Position numbers and translations under genes: made by a program
The notes under the pieces: generated by a model
What the model was told of the DNA's origin: nothing
Seen by the model: the letters and a program-made list of their open reading frames with translations, nothing else
Database searches by the model: none
IMG/VR virus record: IMGVR_UViG_3300041809_000308
Location: 14,797 to 78,796 of that record
Strand: one strand, 5' to 3'
DNA length: 64,000 nt
From: a virus
Part shown: positions 1-11,200 of the stretch, in pieces
Numbering within the stretch: the first letter of the stretch is position 1
How the letters are laid out: each line of letters begins with the position of its first letter

Positions 1-1355
1 ATGACCGAGCGATTCAGGAAGCTAAGGGGCGCGAGGCTAATTACTTCTACTCAGACACTGGGCTTTCACCACCCGCCCGTTCAGCATGGAATAGATTGAA
101 GCAAAGATACCCTGTGGAGAGTCTACGTGGGAAAGCAGAAGCGTATGAAAACTACAATCCAGAGGCCAAGAACAAAGGACTGTACAAAGTCCCACGCCTT
201 CGTATCGACTTGAACAAAGTGGCTGCAATCTCTCCTGCCGACCGCACGCTGTACCATGGCACCAACGATGAACAGGAGTTCGATACCCTGAAGCCCACGG
301 GTGGCGACCCAGTTGTGTGGCTGGGCGAGTTGGACACCGCACGCGACATCTATTCACGAACCATTCGTGGTGGTCGTGAACGTGTCTTTGAAGTGAAGTT
401 GAAACCTGATGCAAAGATTGCCGACCTGCTTGATGTGAATCAACCAATAACCAAGAAGGTACAAGATTACTTCCTGCGCTGCGTTGGTTCTCGTATTTGG
501 GATCATGGTTGGCCTGACATTATGAACTACATGGCTTTCCATCGCCATGACCATGAACTAATACCCCTGCTCAAAGAAGCTGGATTTGATGGTGCCATCG
601 TGATGGATAAAGGCAGACCGCGTGGAAGCACCCAATCGCGAGAGCATCACTCTGTCGCGCTGTGGAACATGGATGCTATTGAATCTCAACAGGAGATAAA
701 GACCGCCTCGGCTTCTACTGTAGGTTCTGCGTTCTGGAATAAGGTGCAAGAAGACGCTCTTGCAGGAATCGTCTATCACGGTACTACATTAGAGGTTGCT
801 GACCTCATCCTATCCACAGGCTTCCGTGGATTGGAATGGGACGCCATTCTCAAGGACGTGCTGGCAAAATACAACATGACTGAGACCGACATTCCAAAGA
901 AGATGTTCAAAGTGCTACAGGAAACGAAACGCAGCTACGAGGCGGAGGCTCATCTGGTTAGTACATCGCCGGGTGGGAACGTGGCTCTTCGCTGGGCGGG
1001 AAGTGGCGGGGAAGTACCGCAGCAAATCGAAGCATACATTCTCGGAAAATACAGTCCTCGCGAAGTTAAAAACTCACGACTTCATGGTGAACCCGCTATC
1101 CTGAAGTGTCGTATCAAGGAATTTCAATCGACGCCGCATTATACACGCATCAAGCAGTCGGTCGATGGGTTAAACCGTCTCATTGCCGATGGTGGGATCA
1201 CTGGGGTTTTCTCTCCCCATGAAGCGGCGGAAGACATGTGGGGCACCTACACGAATTTCCTTTGCAAGCCGGAGGAATTAGAGGTAGTAGAGATTATCAC
1301 GGGGGCGAGACTCCAAGAGTTAAGCCAGCATCCATTGGGGGTGTCAGTTGAATAA
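1..1355 (+). CDS. Polyvalent protein 1, 5'-truncated (GNAT C-terminus + two ART-like modules)
   Basis: Frame 3 is open from the window start (DRAIQEAKGREANYFYSDTGLSPPARSAWNRLKQRY, like the GNAT module at ~11.2 kb), so TTG at 96 is not the true start. LYHGT...GFDG and VYHGT..ILSTGF modules are separated by KVAA and KTAS linkers. Confidence 0.75.
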   Translation, partial: DRAIQEAKGREANYFYSDTGLSPPARSAWNRLKQRYPVESLRGKAEAYENYNPEAKNKGLYKVPRLRIDLNKVAAISPADRTLYHGTNDEQEFDTLKPTGGDPVVWLGELDTARDIYSRTIRGGRERVFEVKLKPDAKIADLLDVNQPITKKVQDYFLRCVGSRIWDHGWPDIMNYMAFHRHDHELIPLLKEAGFDGAIVMDKGRPRGSTQSREHHSVALWNMDAIESQQEIKTASASTVGSAFWNKVQEDALAGIVYHGTTLEVADLILSTGFRGLEWDAILKDVLAKYNMTETDIPKKMFKVLQETKRSYEAEAHLVSTSPGGNVALRWAGSGGEVPQQIEAYILGKYSPREVKNSRLHGEPAILKCRIKEFQSTPHYTRIKQSVDGLNRLIADGGITGVFSPHEAAEDMWGTYTNFLCKPEELEVVEIITGARLQELSQHPLGVSVE

Positions 1356-4300
1356 CCAATTGTTAAAACAGAAAGTTGGAGTGTGGGCTCGTGGGGCATC
1401 TGAAGCCCCTGATTATGAGCAAGAGCGCGATAAGAAATTCAATGAATTAGCATCAGCACAACGAGGTGAACCCGAAACGGCAATGCTCCGCTGTCAGATG
1501 CATCCTCTTGGAGCCGGGATCGGTCCGAAGACGCTGGAACATGTAGGTGACCTCACGCATCGAATGTCAGAAAATTTCTCTCATTTTCACGGTCAGTACC
1601 TGAATGTAAAAGACAAGGTGGAAAAAACCCTTTACTGGTTGACTAATCCATACGGTTTTGAGCGAGAAATGTCAGGAAATCTCCTCAATAACTACACAGC
1701 GCGTGCAGACGACCCAAAGGTGCGAGGACGCAGCTTTGATGAATTAAAGCAAGACTTCTTCTCCAAATGGGATGACTACGCCGCTGCTCACGCCAAACTT
1801 ACCGTCTACAACAAAGCGCAAGAACATGCCCGTGGGGCGGCTATAAGTCTAGGCCGTCGTGATTTCAGAATGGCGATTCTTTATCTTGAAGCCCTAAAGA
1901 AAATTCTGGATGCAGGGGAAGAAGCTTGGATGACGGCGGCGGGTCAATACACGCCGGGGAAAGTTGCCGCTACATCGACAGTCACCGCTTCCATTGAAAA
2001 AGAGGCGGGGTTGGCTAATATTCTTAAAGGACTGGGTGTAGCACTACTTGGTTTGGCGGGAACGGCGGCTGTGCTCAAGCCAGCACCCGCTCCTACAAGC
2101 CCCAAGGATAAAGCGTTGAATCAAATTGGTCATGAGATGATTAAGCGCCTCCCACAGTCCATTCAAAATAAAATTGGTGACCCCAATACCATCACGTTCC
2201 GCGAGGGTGAACCTGACGGTAGTCAAAACAGCAAAGAAATCGCTGAAGTGGCTGAGGGGTCTCGGGTAGTCTATATCAACCCAAAATATGTGAATGATTT
2301 CTTGCACACCAATTTGTCTGACCAATGGACAGCACATGAAACAACTCATATCATGCAGGATGAACTCGACCCACAGGGAAACAGATTTCCGGCCACAAAC
2401 CCGTCCGATCCGTATGGCAAAATGAAGGATGTTGAAAATTCTTGGAAAACTTTACAAGGGCTTCGAGCTAAAGGCGACCGGATGTGGGATCATTCTCGTG
2501 AGGAACAAGCAGCTATCGTGCAGGAATACGAAGCTGCCGTTGATATGCGAGACTTAACGACCGACCCGGCTCAGAAGAAACAGATTGAACAGAAAATACA
2601 GGTCTATCAACAGTATATCGCAGACTATGACCAGTTAAAGGTTGGAAGTCATCACAAGCTGTACGACCATGCTAACCTCCCCAACTTCTATGATCTGTTC
2701 GAATCAGGCAAACCCGGCTGCTCTTTTGGCATTTACGACTTGCTTGAAGGTGACGATTGGGAACCATATGAAGACGAAGCTGAAAAATTGGCTGCTGAAC
2801 AGGGGGTTGACTTAAAATCCATGGCCGATGATTGGAAAGACCAATGGATTTACGACAATATTGCTCGTGCTGACCTCGAAGCAAAATTCAACAAAGTTCG
2901 AGACCATTTCGCCAAGATACAGTTTCCTCTAACTGTCTATCGGGCTATCGACCTCCCCGACGGTATTGATGAATTGCGCGTTGAGAAAAAACCCTATCGA
3001 GGACCGAATAAGTTCAAGCAATATCATTTGGATGACGAAGTGTTCGGCCATTGTTGGGCATGGGATGAAAGGGGGGCTAAAGCTTATGGTGGAACAAACC
3101 CCTTAGGTTCACTCAATGAAGACACCTACATTTTCCGTGGTGAGATTATATCTTCCAACGATATAGACTGGGAAACTACATTACAAGTCAACTTCATGAT
3201 GCCAGAAGAGCATGAGATTCGTGTTCTTAATGGTCGCTCTATCAAAATCACTGGATATAAACAAAACGGCGGTCAGTGGCTTGTACCTGAAGAAAGTTTC
3301 AAGAATGTAGTTGCCAGCCATACTCCACAGCGTCTTCCAACTTGGATTGAGTTCAGAGGTTCTGAGGAAGACGATGAAGTTGAACAGGAGTTTAACGAGT
3401 GGGTTAAGATGTATCGTAAACGTAAATTCCCCATGAAGGTGTGGCGTGTAGCCACTCTGCCTCAGGGAATTGCTTCTCTGCGTACTGAACAAAATGAAAT
3501 TGGAATCTATTGGACATGGAATATCGACTCAGCCGAGGCAATGAACGGTACAGGTGTCGATGGAGAAAACAATTGGTTGCTAGAAGGGGAAATCGAAGAA
3601 GACGCTGTTGATTGGTTTGACACTTTGACAGCAAACTTAGACCCCATTCACGGTGACGATGAATGTGAAATCACCTTAAAAACGGGCGCAAAGGTGCGAC
3701 TGTTGAGGTATGCCCCGTGTATGCCCGGAACCCCTAACAGTTGGTTAAAAAAGGACACCTTCAAACCTTTGAACAAAATAGTCATCGCGTCAAGCCCCCT
3801 CTTGGCTTCGCATAAAACTCCGCCTCTGTCAGACACCGTGTATCCAAACACGGATGCTGACAATGAATTTGAACTCAACTCGGGTGAGGGCTCAAACGGT
3901 TATGCCAATATTCCAGAGCGCGTGGATGGCGACGAGACAATGCCGAGCATTGAATCTTTGCTCCCAAGACAAAGTGCCCTTGAGGGTGACGGGCCGGTTA
4001 GCTTCTTTGAAGAAGTTGAGAATCCGCACAGCGTGCAACCTTTACACGCACCTGATCCGCCGCCACTTGAAGAGGAAATGAAGACCGCAACCGTCGCCAT
4101 TCGCCGTGGTGAAATTGACCCGGCTGGTGCTTACTTCTCTCTACCGGGGCAGAGCACATACCACGATGAGGAGATGGTTGGAGTTGATCCCGGTCTCCAC
4201 AGTTACGATGTAAGCGGTGTAAACATCGCTGACACTTCAAAATTGGGGGTCGCAGTCTCCATTATTGAAGAGGCTATGAAGAGCGCCAAGACCGAGCGGG

Positions 4301-7300
4301 AGAGGGTTAGATTATCCGAACTCCTTCTTATGGCAAAGGTCAACGGACCATTCATCAACTACATAGACAACGACCAACTCCCACTGCCCGAGGCTGCGAA
4401 GCGGTTGGGCTATGACGGCATTCTTGTATGGGAGAACGATGACATCGCCAACCCATCATCGGCTTTCATCTGGAACACAGGCAAGGTGAAGAAGGTTGCG
4501 GCACCCGCCTCCGCTGTACTTCCCTCCGACTTTGAACAGTTTTGCCAGAAGTATGGTGGGTTCATGAAAGTGTTCGGTGAAATCGCCGATTTTGGCAGCG
4601 GCGATTGGGAACAGTATGCCGAGTTCTACGAAACAGATGAGCAAGAAGAGTTTGATGCATTACCTGATTCAGAAAAAGAAAAGGTGATGGAACGTCGTGC
4701 GTACGAAGACTGGGAGTATCGCTACAACGAATTGAGAGCAATGCACGCGAGTTGGAGTTGGCCGCTCAAAGTATGGCGTTGCGTCACTCTTGAGAACATC
4801 CAACAACTCAAGACAAAAGGAATCGGGGTTTATTGGTCATACGAAGAAGGTGCAGCACAGGCTCATTGGGGGCAGGGTGGTCGCCCTTACACCTTGGAGG
4901 GTCAGATTACTGAGAACGCCGTGGACTGGGAAAGCACTATCTATGCCAACCTTCACCCGTCTCTCGGTGAAGACGAGAAAGAAATCCGTCTGAAAGATGG
5001 AGCCCCTGTGAAACTTTTGCGATGGGAGGACACCACAGGCAAATGGCACAACGCTTTGCCAGAATGGAAGAGAGTTAAAGCCGCAGTTAAACCGCCAAAA
5101 TCTGAAGCCCCCATTTGGGGCAGATGGTGGGTCACACCGACCGGAGAATTCGTTCCCGCGATAGGCACGGGAAAATACGAAGGCCGAAGCATACACGATG
5201 GTGGACAATTCGGATTCGAAGATAAAGGCAAATGGGGTACGGATTACTATGTTCCCGCCGAAGAAGCGGCGTTGGAGGCGGGGTATACTCGTCTGATTGT
5301 CGAGCCCAGCATTGTCTATATGCAGTTCTGGTCACGGTCTCAAACTGAGAAAAAGGCTGGCGAGATTATCCGTCGTGTTCCAGTCACCGTGCGTTGGGTT
5401 GAAGTAGCATGGAGTGTTCCAACCCATGGCTATCAAAAACTTCCATTAGCTGAGGCCGAAGAACGTTTCCAGAATACGGGAGATGAAACAAGAGTAATAG
5501 CCTCAACCAAAAAATACCTATACCACGTAACCTACCTTGGCAACCTTGATAACATTGCTCAGTCCGGTCTCACACCAAATGCCAATACTGGTATCGGCGG
5601 ACCAGCATTGAGAGAATACAAATCGGGTAAGATATTTCTATCTGATGCCGGGGGTGTGTTTTTTTGGCTCAACCGAGCGGAACAATTCGCTTATCACAAT
5701 TCAGATAACCCAGCCGATGATGGACTCATCCCGGTCGTGCTTCGCGTTAGAGCCCCAAAAAACTTGGTCAAAGACGAAGAGGGCTCAAGCGATTCCGGGC
5801 ACGAAGCGTTCTGGTGTCCCAATGTGGAATCAGGGATTGAAGTATGGACAGGAGACAGGTGGGAGAACATCTACAGTGCTAATCTCAATCCGCAAGAATT
5901 TGTGGATGAGGAAGGATACATACAAGACTCAGCACTGAACTCTCCAAAACTTGCGACAGATGGAGATGCCAATGCTTATGTTCCACGTGAAGAGGCAGAA
6001 TCCCCGGCGTTGCACCGTGAGCCTATGTTCGAAGATGAGAAGGCAGCATCGGAGGCACCATACGCCGCCTACAGCCCACGTCACAGCATAGACAACCCAC
6101 AGTTGCACAAAGACCCGGTGTTCGAGACTGACCAAGAGGCTTGGGACGCTGCCCTGCCTAACCACAAAGTTGGCGGGAAGAAAAAATACGGTCCTCTGTT
6201 CCGAGAAGTCCCCGTTGTTGAGGGAGGAGAGGCTTGGGATGGCCGCGATGTGTGGGAATACCCCGTCAATGTAGGAGCCAGTCCTGATGAAGCCCCACAA
6301 GCTAACATCTCTCAAGTCATTAAAGATTTGGTGAAGGAATATGGTGAAACTCCACTTCAAATAAACCAAGGAAATTGTGATAGCTTCGCTTTTGATGTAG
6401 CTGAACGTGTAGCTGGATGCATAGTGCTCGAAGCTGGGGGTATGGTGTGGGAGGAGTCTGAACACCCCGCACATCTGTTCATCTACTATCAAAACAAGTT
6501 CTACGACGCCGCCCATCCCAACGGTGTGGCTCACTGGGAAGACCTGTACACGTTGGAGAGAAAGAAGAAAGTCGGAGCGAAGGAAGACCTACTGTCTCTC
6601 AAATACTACCTCACCATGACGCCGGAACAGAAGGCGGAAGAGGTTGCACGCACATTCACAGAGACCTTTGTCGATTGGCTTGAGGAAGAGGAAATCCAAC
6701 TCCCTGCTCCTCCCAAGCGGAAGCCTGTTGCTCATGAGCTACCCACTGCACTGCCTCATGAAGGCCCAGAGGGCTGGGATGTAGTTCAGGCTGATGGAAA
6801 AATGCGGCTGACAAATGGTGGGGCGGTTCCGGCTGGAACACTCGCCTTGAAGAACGGCTATGGTCAAATTGTCGCCACAGGAAAAGACGAAGCTGAAATC
6901 CTCGCTAACTGGCGAGACCTCGTTGATAAGGGATACAAGGCGGGTGACGCCGAACGTGCCAAGTACGATGGGGACATTCTTGAAGGACTCCGTGAGCATG
7001 ATGAGGATGCATGGGCTGCTATCCCGAAACAAGTCTTCGTGCAGTTCATGGATGCCAAGGAAGACTACCTAATGCAGGGAGACCCGGCAGACTGCCCGTC
7101 CTTCATGCACATGGCTTTCGAGAAGATGCTGCCAAAGCAGTGGCTCATTCACAAAACCGATGACCCGGAGGGAATTTGTGCCAACGGATTTACAATCGGG
7201 ATGCATGATGTGGCTCGACTGGGACTAACGACGTACTACAAAGATTCAGGGAAGATCGGAGGCTACAACTTTGCCTTCACCGCCGATGACGCCAGACAGG

Positions 7301-8250
7301 CGGAGAACAAGTATGGGAAGCACGCCGTGATTTTCCAAGCCCCCGGTGTTGAAGTCTACCATTATGGGGACTCGGAACGTCAGGTCATCTTCAAAGGCTC
7401 AGACGCCCACAACCTGATCCCGGTGTACAACTCCTATGGAGATTGGTCTCTGCCAGAGGTACAAAATGGAGCCTATGAGGAGCCCGTGTTCACTTCAGGT
7501 TCCTTGCAGGAGATTGTAGCATGGATTCAGACCAACTATACCAAGTATCGGAAGAGCATCGTAAAGAGAGCCAGCTTCAAAAAAGCCTACGATGACGACT
7601 TTGATTACGACACCGCCGAAGCCCACTTCGATGACGAAAGGACCGTGGCAGCGAACATCATCTCCGAATTCAAACAACACCGAAACGACCCCAACTATCG
7701 AATGGAGTGGGACGTAGTTCCTGCTGCTCGACTCATCAAAATCTGGAACGACTACATGAATACTGGATTCGTTCGGGACGAGAAGGGTATTAACATGATA
7801 GCCGAAATCGTTCTAACCAACATTGCCAAATTGAATGTCAACACCATCCTGTGCGGTCATTCTGAGCAAGACCCGGTGGCCTATGCTGATGACGTTATGG
7901 GCGGCGAGGGGGAAGAGGAACTCCCTGAGGACTATTTTTACATTGATGGTGCGTTTTTTGACGATGAAAAAGGAGCCTTGCGTATCAGCGACTATGCCCT
8001 GAAGCCTCTGTCTCAGGATGAGTGGAAGCTACGTCGAGCTAAGACAGCCGAGGAGAAACTACAAATCCTCGACCACATCTTAAACATCATCCACTGTCGT
8101 TCTGACCTCTCCAGTTGGTTCGTACAGGGGGGTCGAGCCACGCTCAATCGGCTGGCTGGGACAGGAGACAGCCTTGAACCTAAGAAGAAGCCCAAAATCA
8201 CCAATCCTTTACTGAAAAAGAAGACTCTCAAACCCAAAAGTAGGGGATAG
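1348..8250 (+). CDS. Polyvalent protein 2 (2300 aa): HExxH module, three R...ExE ART-like repeats, YHxT ART/Tpt1-like modules, papain-like module
   Basis: Long ORF overlapping the upstream stop. Motifs: AHETTH..EEQA, FPLxV(Y/W)R..GxYWxW..DW..ExEI (x3), YLYHVT..IAQSGL, GNCDSFA..HLF..YDA. Confidence 0.8.
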   Translation: MNNQLLKQKVGVWARGASEAPDYEQERDKKFNELASAQRGEPETAMLRCQMHPLGAGIGPKTLEHVGDLTHRMSENFSHFHGQYLNVKDKVEKTLYWLTNPYGFEREMSGNLLNNYTARADDPKVRGRSFDELKQDFFSKWDDYAAAHAKLTVYNKAQEHARGAAISLGRRDFRMAILYLEALKKILDAGEEAWMTAAGQYTPGKVAATSTVTASIEKEAGLANILKGLGVALLGLAGTAAVLKPAPAPTSPKDKALNQIGHEMIKRLPQSIQNKIGDPNTITFREGEPDGSQNSKEIAEVAEGSRVVYINPKYVNDFLHTNLSDQWTAHETTHIMQDELDPQGNRFPATNPSDPYGKMKDVENSWKTLQGLRAKGDRMWDHSREEQAAIVQEYEAAVDMRDLTTDPAQKKQIEQKIQVYQQYIADYDQLKVGSHHKLYDHANLPNFYDLFESGKPGCSFGIYDLLEGDDWEPYEDEAEKLAAEQGVDLKSMADDWKDQWIYDNIARADLEAKFNKVRDHFAKIQFPLTVYRAIDLPDGIDELRVEKKPYRGPNKFKQYHLDDEVFGHCWAWDERGAKAYGGTNPLGSLNEDTYIFRGEIISSNDIDWETTLQVNFMMPEEHEIRVLNGRSIKITGYKQNGGQWLVPEESFKNVVASHTPQRLPTWIEFRGSEEDDEVEQEFNEWVKMYRKRKFPMKVWRVATLPQGIASLRTEQNEIGIYWTWNIDSAEAMNGTGVDGENNWLLEGEIEEDAVDWFDTLTANLDPIHGDDECEITLKTGAKVRLLRYAPCMPGTPNSWLKKDTFKPLNKIVIASSPLLASHKTPPLSDTVYPNTDADNEFELNSGEGSNGYANIPERVDGDETMPSIESLLPRQSALEGDGPVSFFEEVENPHSVQPLHAPDPPPLEEEMKTATVAIRRGEIDPAGAYFSLPGQSTYHDEEMVGVDPGLHSYDVSGVNIADTSKLGVAVSIIEEAMKSAKTERERVRLSELLLMAKVNGPFINYIDNDQLPLPEAAKRLGYDGILVWENDDIANPSSAFIWNTGKVKKVAAPASAVLPSDFEQFCQKYGGFMKVFGEIADFGSGDWEQYAEFYETDEQEEFDALPDSEKEKVMERRAYEDWEYRYNELRAMHASWSWPLKVWRCVTLENIQQLKTKGIGVYWSYEEGAAQAHWGQGGRPYTLEGQITENAVDWESTIYANLHPSLGEDEKEIRLKDGAPVKLLRWEDTTGKWHNALPEWKRVKAAVKPPKSEAPIWGRWWVTPTGEFVPAIGTGKYEGRSIHDGGQFGFEDKGKWGTDYYVPAEEAALEAGYTRLIVEPSIVYMQFWSRSQTEKKAGEIIRRVPVTVRWVEVAWSVPTHGYQKLPLAEAEERFQNTGDETRVIASTKKYLYHVTYLGNLDNIAQSGLTPNANTGIGGPALREYKSGKIFLSDAGGVFFWLNRAEQFAYHNSDNPADDGLIPVVLRVRAPKNLVKDEEGSSDSGHEAFWCPNVESGIEVWTGDRWENIYSANLNPQEFVDEEGYIQDSALNSPKLATDGDANAYVPREEAESPALHREPMFEDEKAASEAPYAAYSPRHSIDNPQLHKDPVFETDQEAWDAALPNHKVGGKKKYGPLFREVPVVEGGEAWDGRDVWEYPVNVGASPDEAPQANISQVIKDLVKEYGETPLQINQGNCDSFAFDVAERVAGCIVLEAGGMVWEESEHPAHLFIYYQNKFYDAAHPNGVAHWEDLYTLERKKKVGAKEDLLSLKYYLTMTPEQKAEEVARTFTETFVDWLEEEEIQLPAPPKRKPVAHELPTALPHEGPEGWDVVQADGKMRLTNGGAVPAGTLALKNGYGQIVATGKDEAEILANWRDLVDKGYKAGDAERAKYDGDILEGLREHDEDAWAAIPKQVFVQFMDAKEDYLMQGDPADCPSFMHMAFEKMLPKQWLIHKTDDPEGICANGFTIGMHDVARLGLTTYYKDSGKIGGYNFAFTADDARQAENKYGKHAVIFQAPGVEVYHYGDSERQVIFKGSDAHNLIPVYNSYGDWSLPEVQNGAYEEPVFTSGSLQEIVAWIQTNYTKYRKSIVKRASFKKAYDDDFDYDTAEAHFDDERTVAANIISEFKQHRNDPNYRMEWDVVPAARLIKIWNDYMNTGFVRDEKGINMIAEIVLTNIAKLNVNTILCGHSEQDPVAYADDVMGGEGEEELPEDYFYIDGAFFDDEKGALRISDYALKPLSQDEWKLRRAKTAEEKLQILDHILNIIHCRSDLSSWFVQGGRATLNRLAGTGDSLEPKKKPKITNPLLKKKTLKPKSRG

Positions 8251-11200
8251 TGATGGAGCATCCTGACTACTACATGGAAGAGGGCTGTGGTATCTACGCC
8301 TTGGCCGTAGCGTCCAAGTACCCAAATGCCGAAATCTACATCATTTCCCGGAACCACGGTGAAGAGTGGAGCCGGTCGATCCCCTATGAAATAACTCATG
8401 TGTTCTGCCGTGTTCCCGGCGAAGGCGACTTCGATGTTAGGGGCAAGCGTACTCCTGACCAAATGGCTGCTGACTTTGATACGGCTAACGACTACAGCAT
8501 CAAAGGTCCATGGTCTCCGCAGGAGTTCTACGCCAAGTTCATGGGCAACTCAGACAACAAGCCCCTGTTTGGCACCAAAAAAGACATCAAAGAAGTGATG
8601 ACGAAAATCGCTGCCGCTCCATCTTGGATTCCCACATTCAAACAATTGCTGAACGAGTATGGAGGAGACATCACCAAGGACGATAAGGCCAGTTACGATT
8701 ACTATGTTCCCATATTGAGCAAACTCAAGTTCCCCCTCACCATCTACCGCCAGATTTACGTGAATTCGTTGGATGACATCAAACTCAGGGGCAAGGGAAA
8801 GAAACCCGGTCTAGGCAGGTTTTGGGCAGACAAGGAATCACTGGCATGTTCTCATAATGCGGATGAGGACAGTGGTGATATTGAAGTCCTTCTTCGTGCT
8901 GTCGTCCAGCCCACAGACATTGACTGGCTTGATACTTTCTATGCTCGAATCGTTTATGGAGAAGATGAAGCTGAAATCAGCATCGCTCCCGGAACGCCTC
9001 TCAATGTTACCGGCATGAGAGTGAACAAAAGCAAATGGCAAGTCCCTCCTCCGGGGGTGAAGACCGCCGCTTCCACCCCAGTCCCCCCTGACAAATTGTC
9101 AGTTGAGATTGTGCGTGTCGGAGACGTTTGCAATGTCAATGACTACAATGGGTACGCCTGTATTTCTAAAAAGGCTTCTGGAGTGAAAGTGCGTGCTTAC
9201 CACGGCACCACGAAAAACTTCGACGTGTTCGATACCCCAGCCATGTTCCACGTACGTCGCAAGTATTGTGAAGACTTGATTGCCGGTCAACCCGATGGTC
9301 ATGTTGTTGAAGCTATCCTGACGTTCAAGAACCCGGCTGACCTCGACACTTTACACATGAGCCCAAGTGACCCCAAGTTCAAGGAGATGGCAAAGAGTCT
9401 TGAAGAGCAGGGTTACGATGGGGCACAGTATAAGAAGGAAGCATGGATTGCCTTCTACCCGGAACAGATTGAGATTGTTCGTCCCAAAGTTGCGGCTGAA
9501 GTCGCTGTACAAGAACCGGAAATTTCCACTCCTGAAGAAGATGACTACGCCATTGAACGGCAGACGTATGGCTTGCCCAAGGACTGGAAACCGGCAAAGC
9601 CGCCCGAGGTCAAGCGTGATGAACCGGCGACAGAAACACAAGTTCCGAAATCCGCCCCACCCCCGGTCGAACACAAGCAAAAGGTGCCGCGTCAACGCAA
9701 GCAAAAGATGCCGACTTACACCCCGCCAACTGAGAACAAAGCGTTTCTGCGGTGGTTTGGTAAATCCAAAGTTGTGGGCAGTAACGGTCAACCGCTAGTA
9801 GTGTACCACGGTACGACTCATGACTTCGATGTGTTCAATACTGAATATGGCAACCCGGAGAATCACTATGGGGTGGGTTTCTATTTCACATCCTCGCGGG
9901 ACGATACCAAAAACTATGCCGGTGTCGGCCCCGACCTCACCAGTCGCATCGACCACGAAGCTGAAAACCTTGTCAACGAATGGCGTAGATGGCGGCACGG
10001 TGAGATAGATTACGGTGTTGAACCGCCAGATTGGGTCATCGGCGGCTGGGCTGAGATGAGTGACGACGAGAAGCGTGAGGCATTTCAAGACATGGATTGG
10101 AGTGCCCAGTTAGCGATTGCCAAAGCTGAAGTCAAGAAGAAGCTGGTCGGTGAACACGGCGGAGCAGTGATGCCTTGCTACCTCCGCATTGTCAAGCCGG
10201 TGATTGTAGCTCCTCATGGTGGAACCTATTTTACTCTTGGATACACACGAGATGGTGATTACAAGGGCAAGCTTTTCGACGCTGTGGTTCGAACGTTGAC
10301 ATACCAGTTTTGGGGGGACACCTTCGGGGAAGATGCACACGATGGGTTGAACGCTTACGACTTTGAACAGAAGCTGCGTAAATCTGAAGCCATGATGGAT
10401 GAGGACATCATGAATGAAGGCGGGCCGGGGCCGGTCATCACTGAAATCTACAAGAACATGGGATTCGATGGAATCATTATGGAGAATCCCGCTCAGGAAT
10501 TTCGTAACATGGGAATCGAGAGCGGCACCAAACACTACATCGTGTGGAACCCCAGTCAGATTAAATCCGCCTTGGGCAATGTGGGCAAGTTCAACAAGAA
10601 AAACCCAAGCATCGTAGCTTCTGGTGAAGAAGATTTCCATGAGTACATTGGCAACTGCACCGATGACGCCGTGGTAGAGAGCGTGTTCGGCGATGCGACC
10701 TTGTTCGCTCAGGCATTGGAGAAGGCTACACCGATTGACGACACCACCATGCAGAGCGATGAATATGGCGTGCTCATCAAGTACGACCCGGAGACCGACA
10801 TTCATTCCTTCTACAAGACAGCGGCGAAGCGGATCAAGACTGTCGAAGAAATTGAACATCTCACCGAAGATGAAAAAGAACTGTGCAAGAAGACCAGACC
10901 AGCGTCTGACAAAACCGCCATGCCCAACTACGATTACTCGCACTATACTGACCGTGAAACAGCCATCAAGACATTGAATTTTGAGTATCAAAAGTATGGT
11001 GCGAATGTTGTATTCAGTGCGGAAAATCCAGCCGATGACCGTTATCAGCCGGGGTACTTGGAAGCCAATATTGTGGATGACTACATAGTGGTTTCCGATG
11101 TCTTCATTGGCACATCATGGACAGGCACCGGGCTTGGTCAAATGCTTTACGATTACGCTATCTCTGAGTCCAAGAAAATGGGGCTGAGCTACTTTGTATC

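Noticed and set aside
8240-8260. Frameshift or readthrough fusing the 2300- and 3853-aa ORFs
   Set aside because: There is no clear slippery site; the overlap with an AGGGG RBS and nearby GTG/ATG fits translational coupling.
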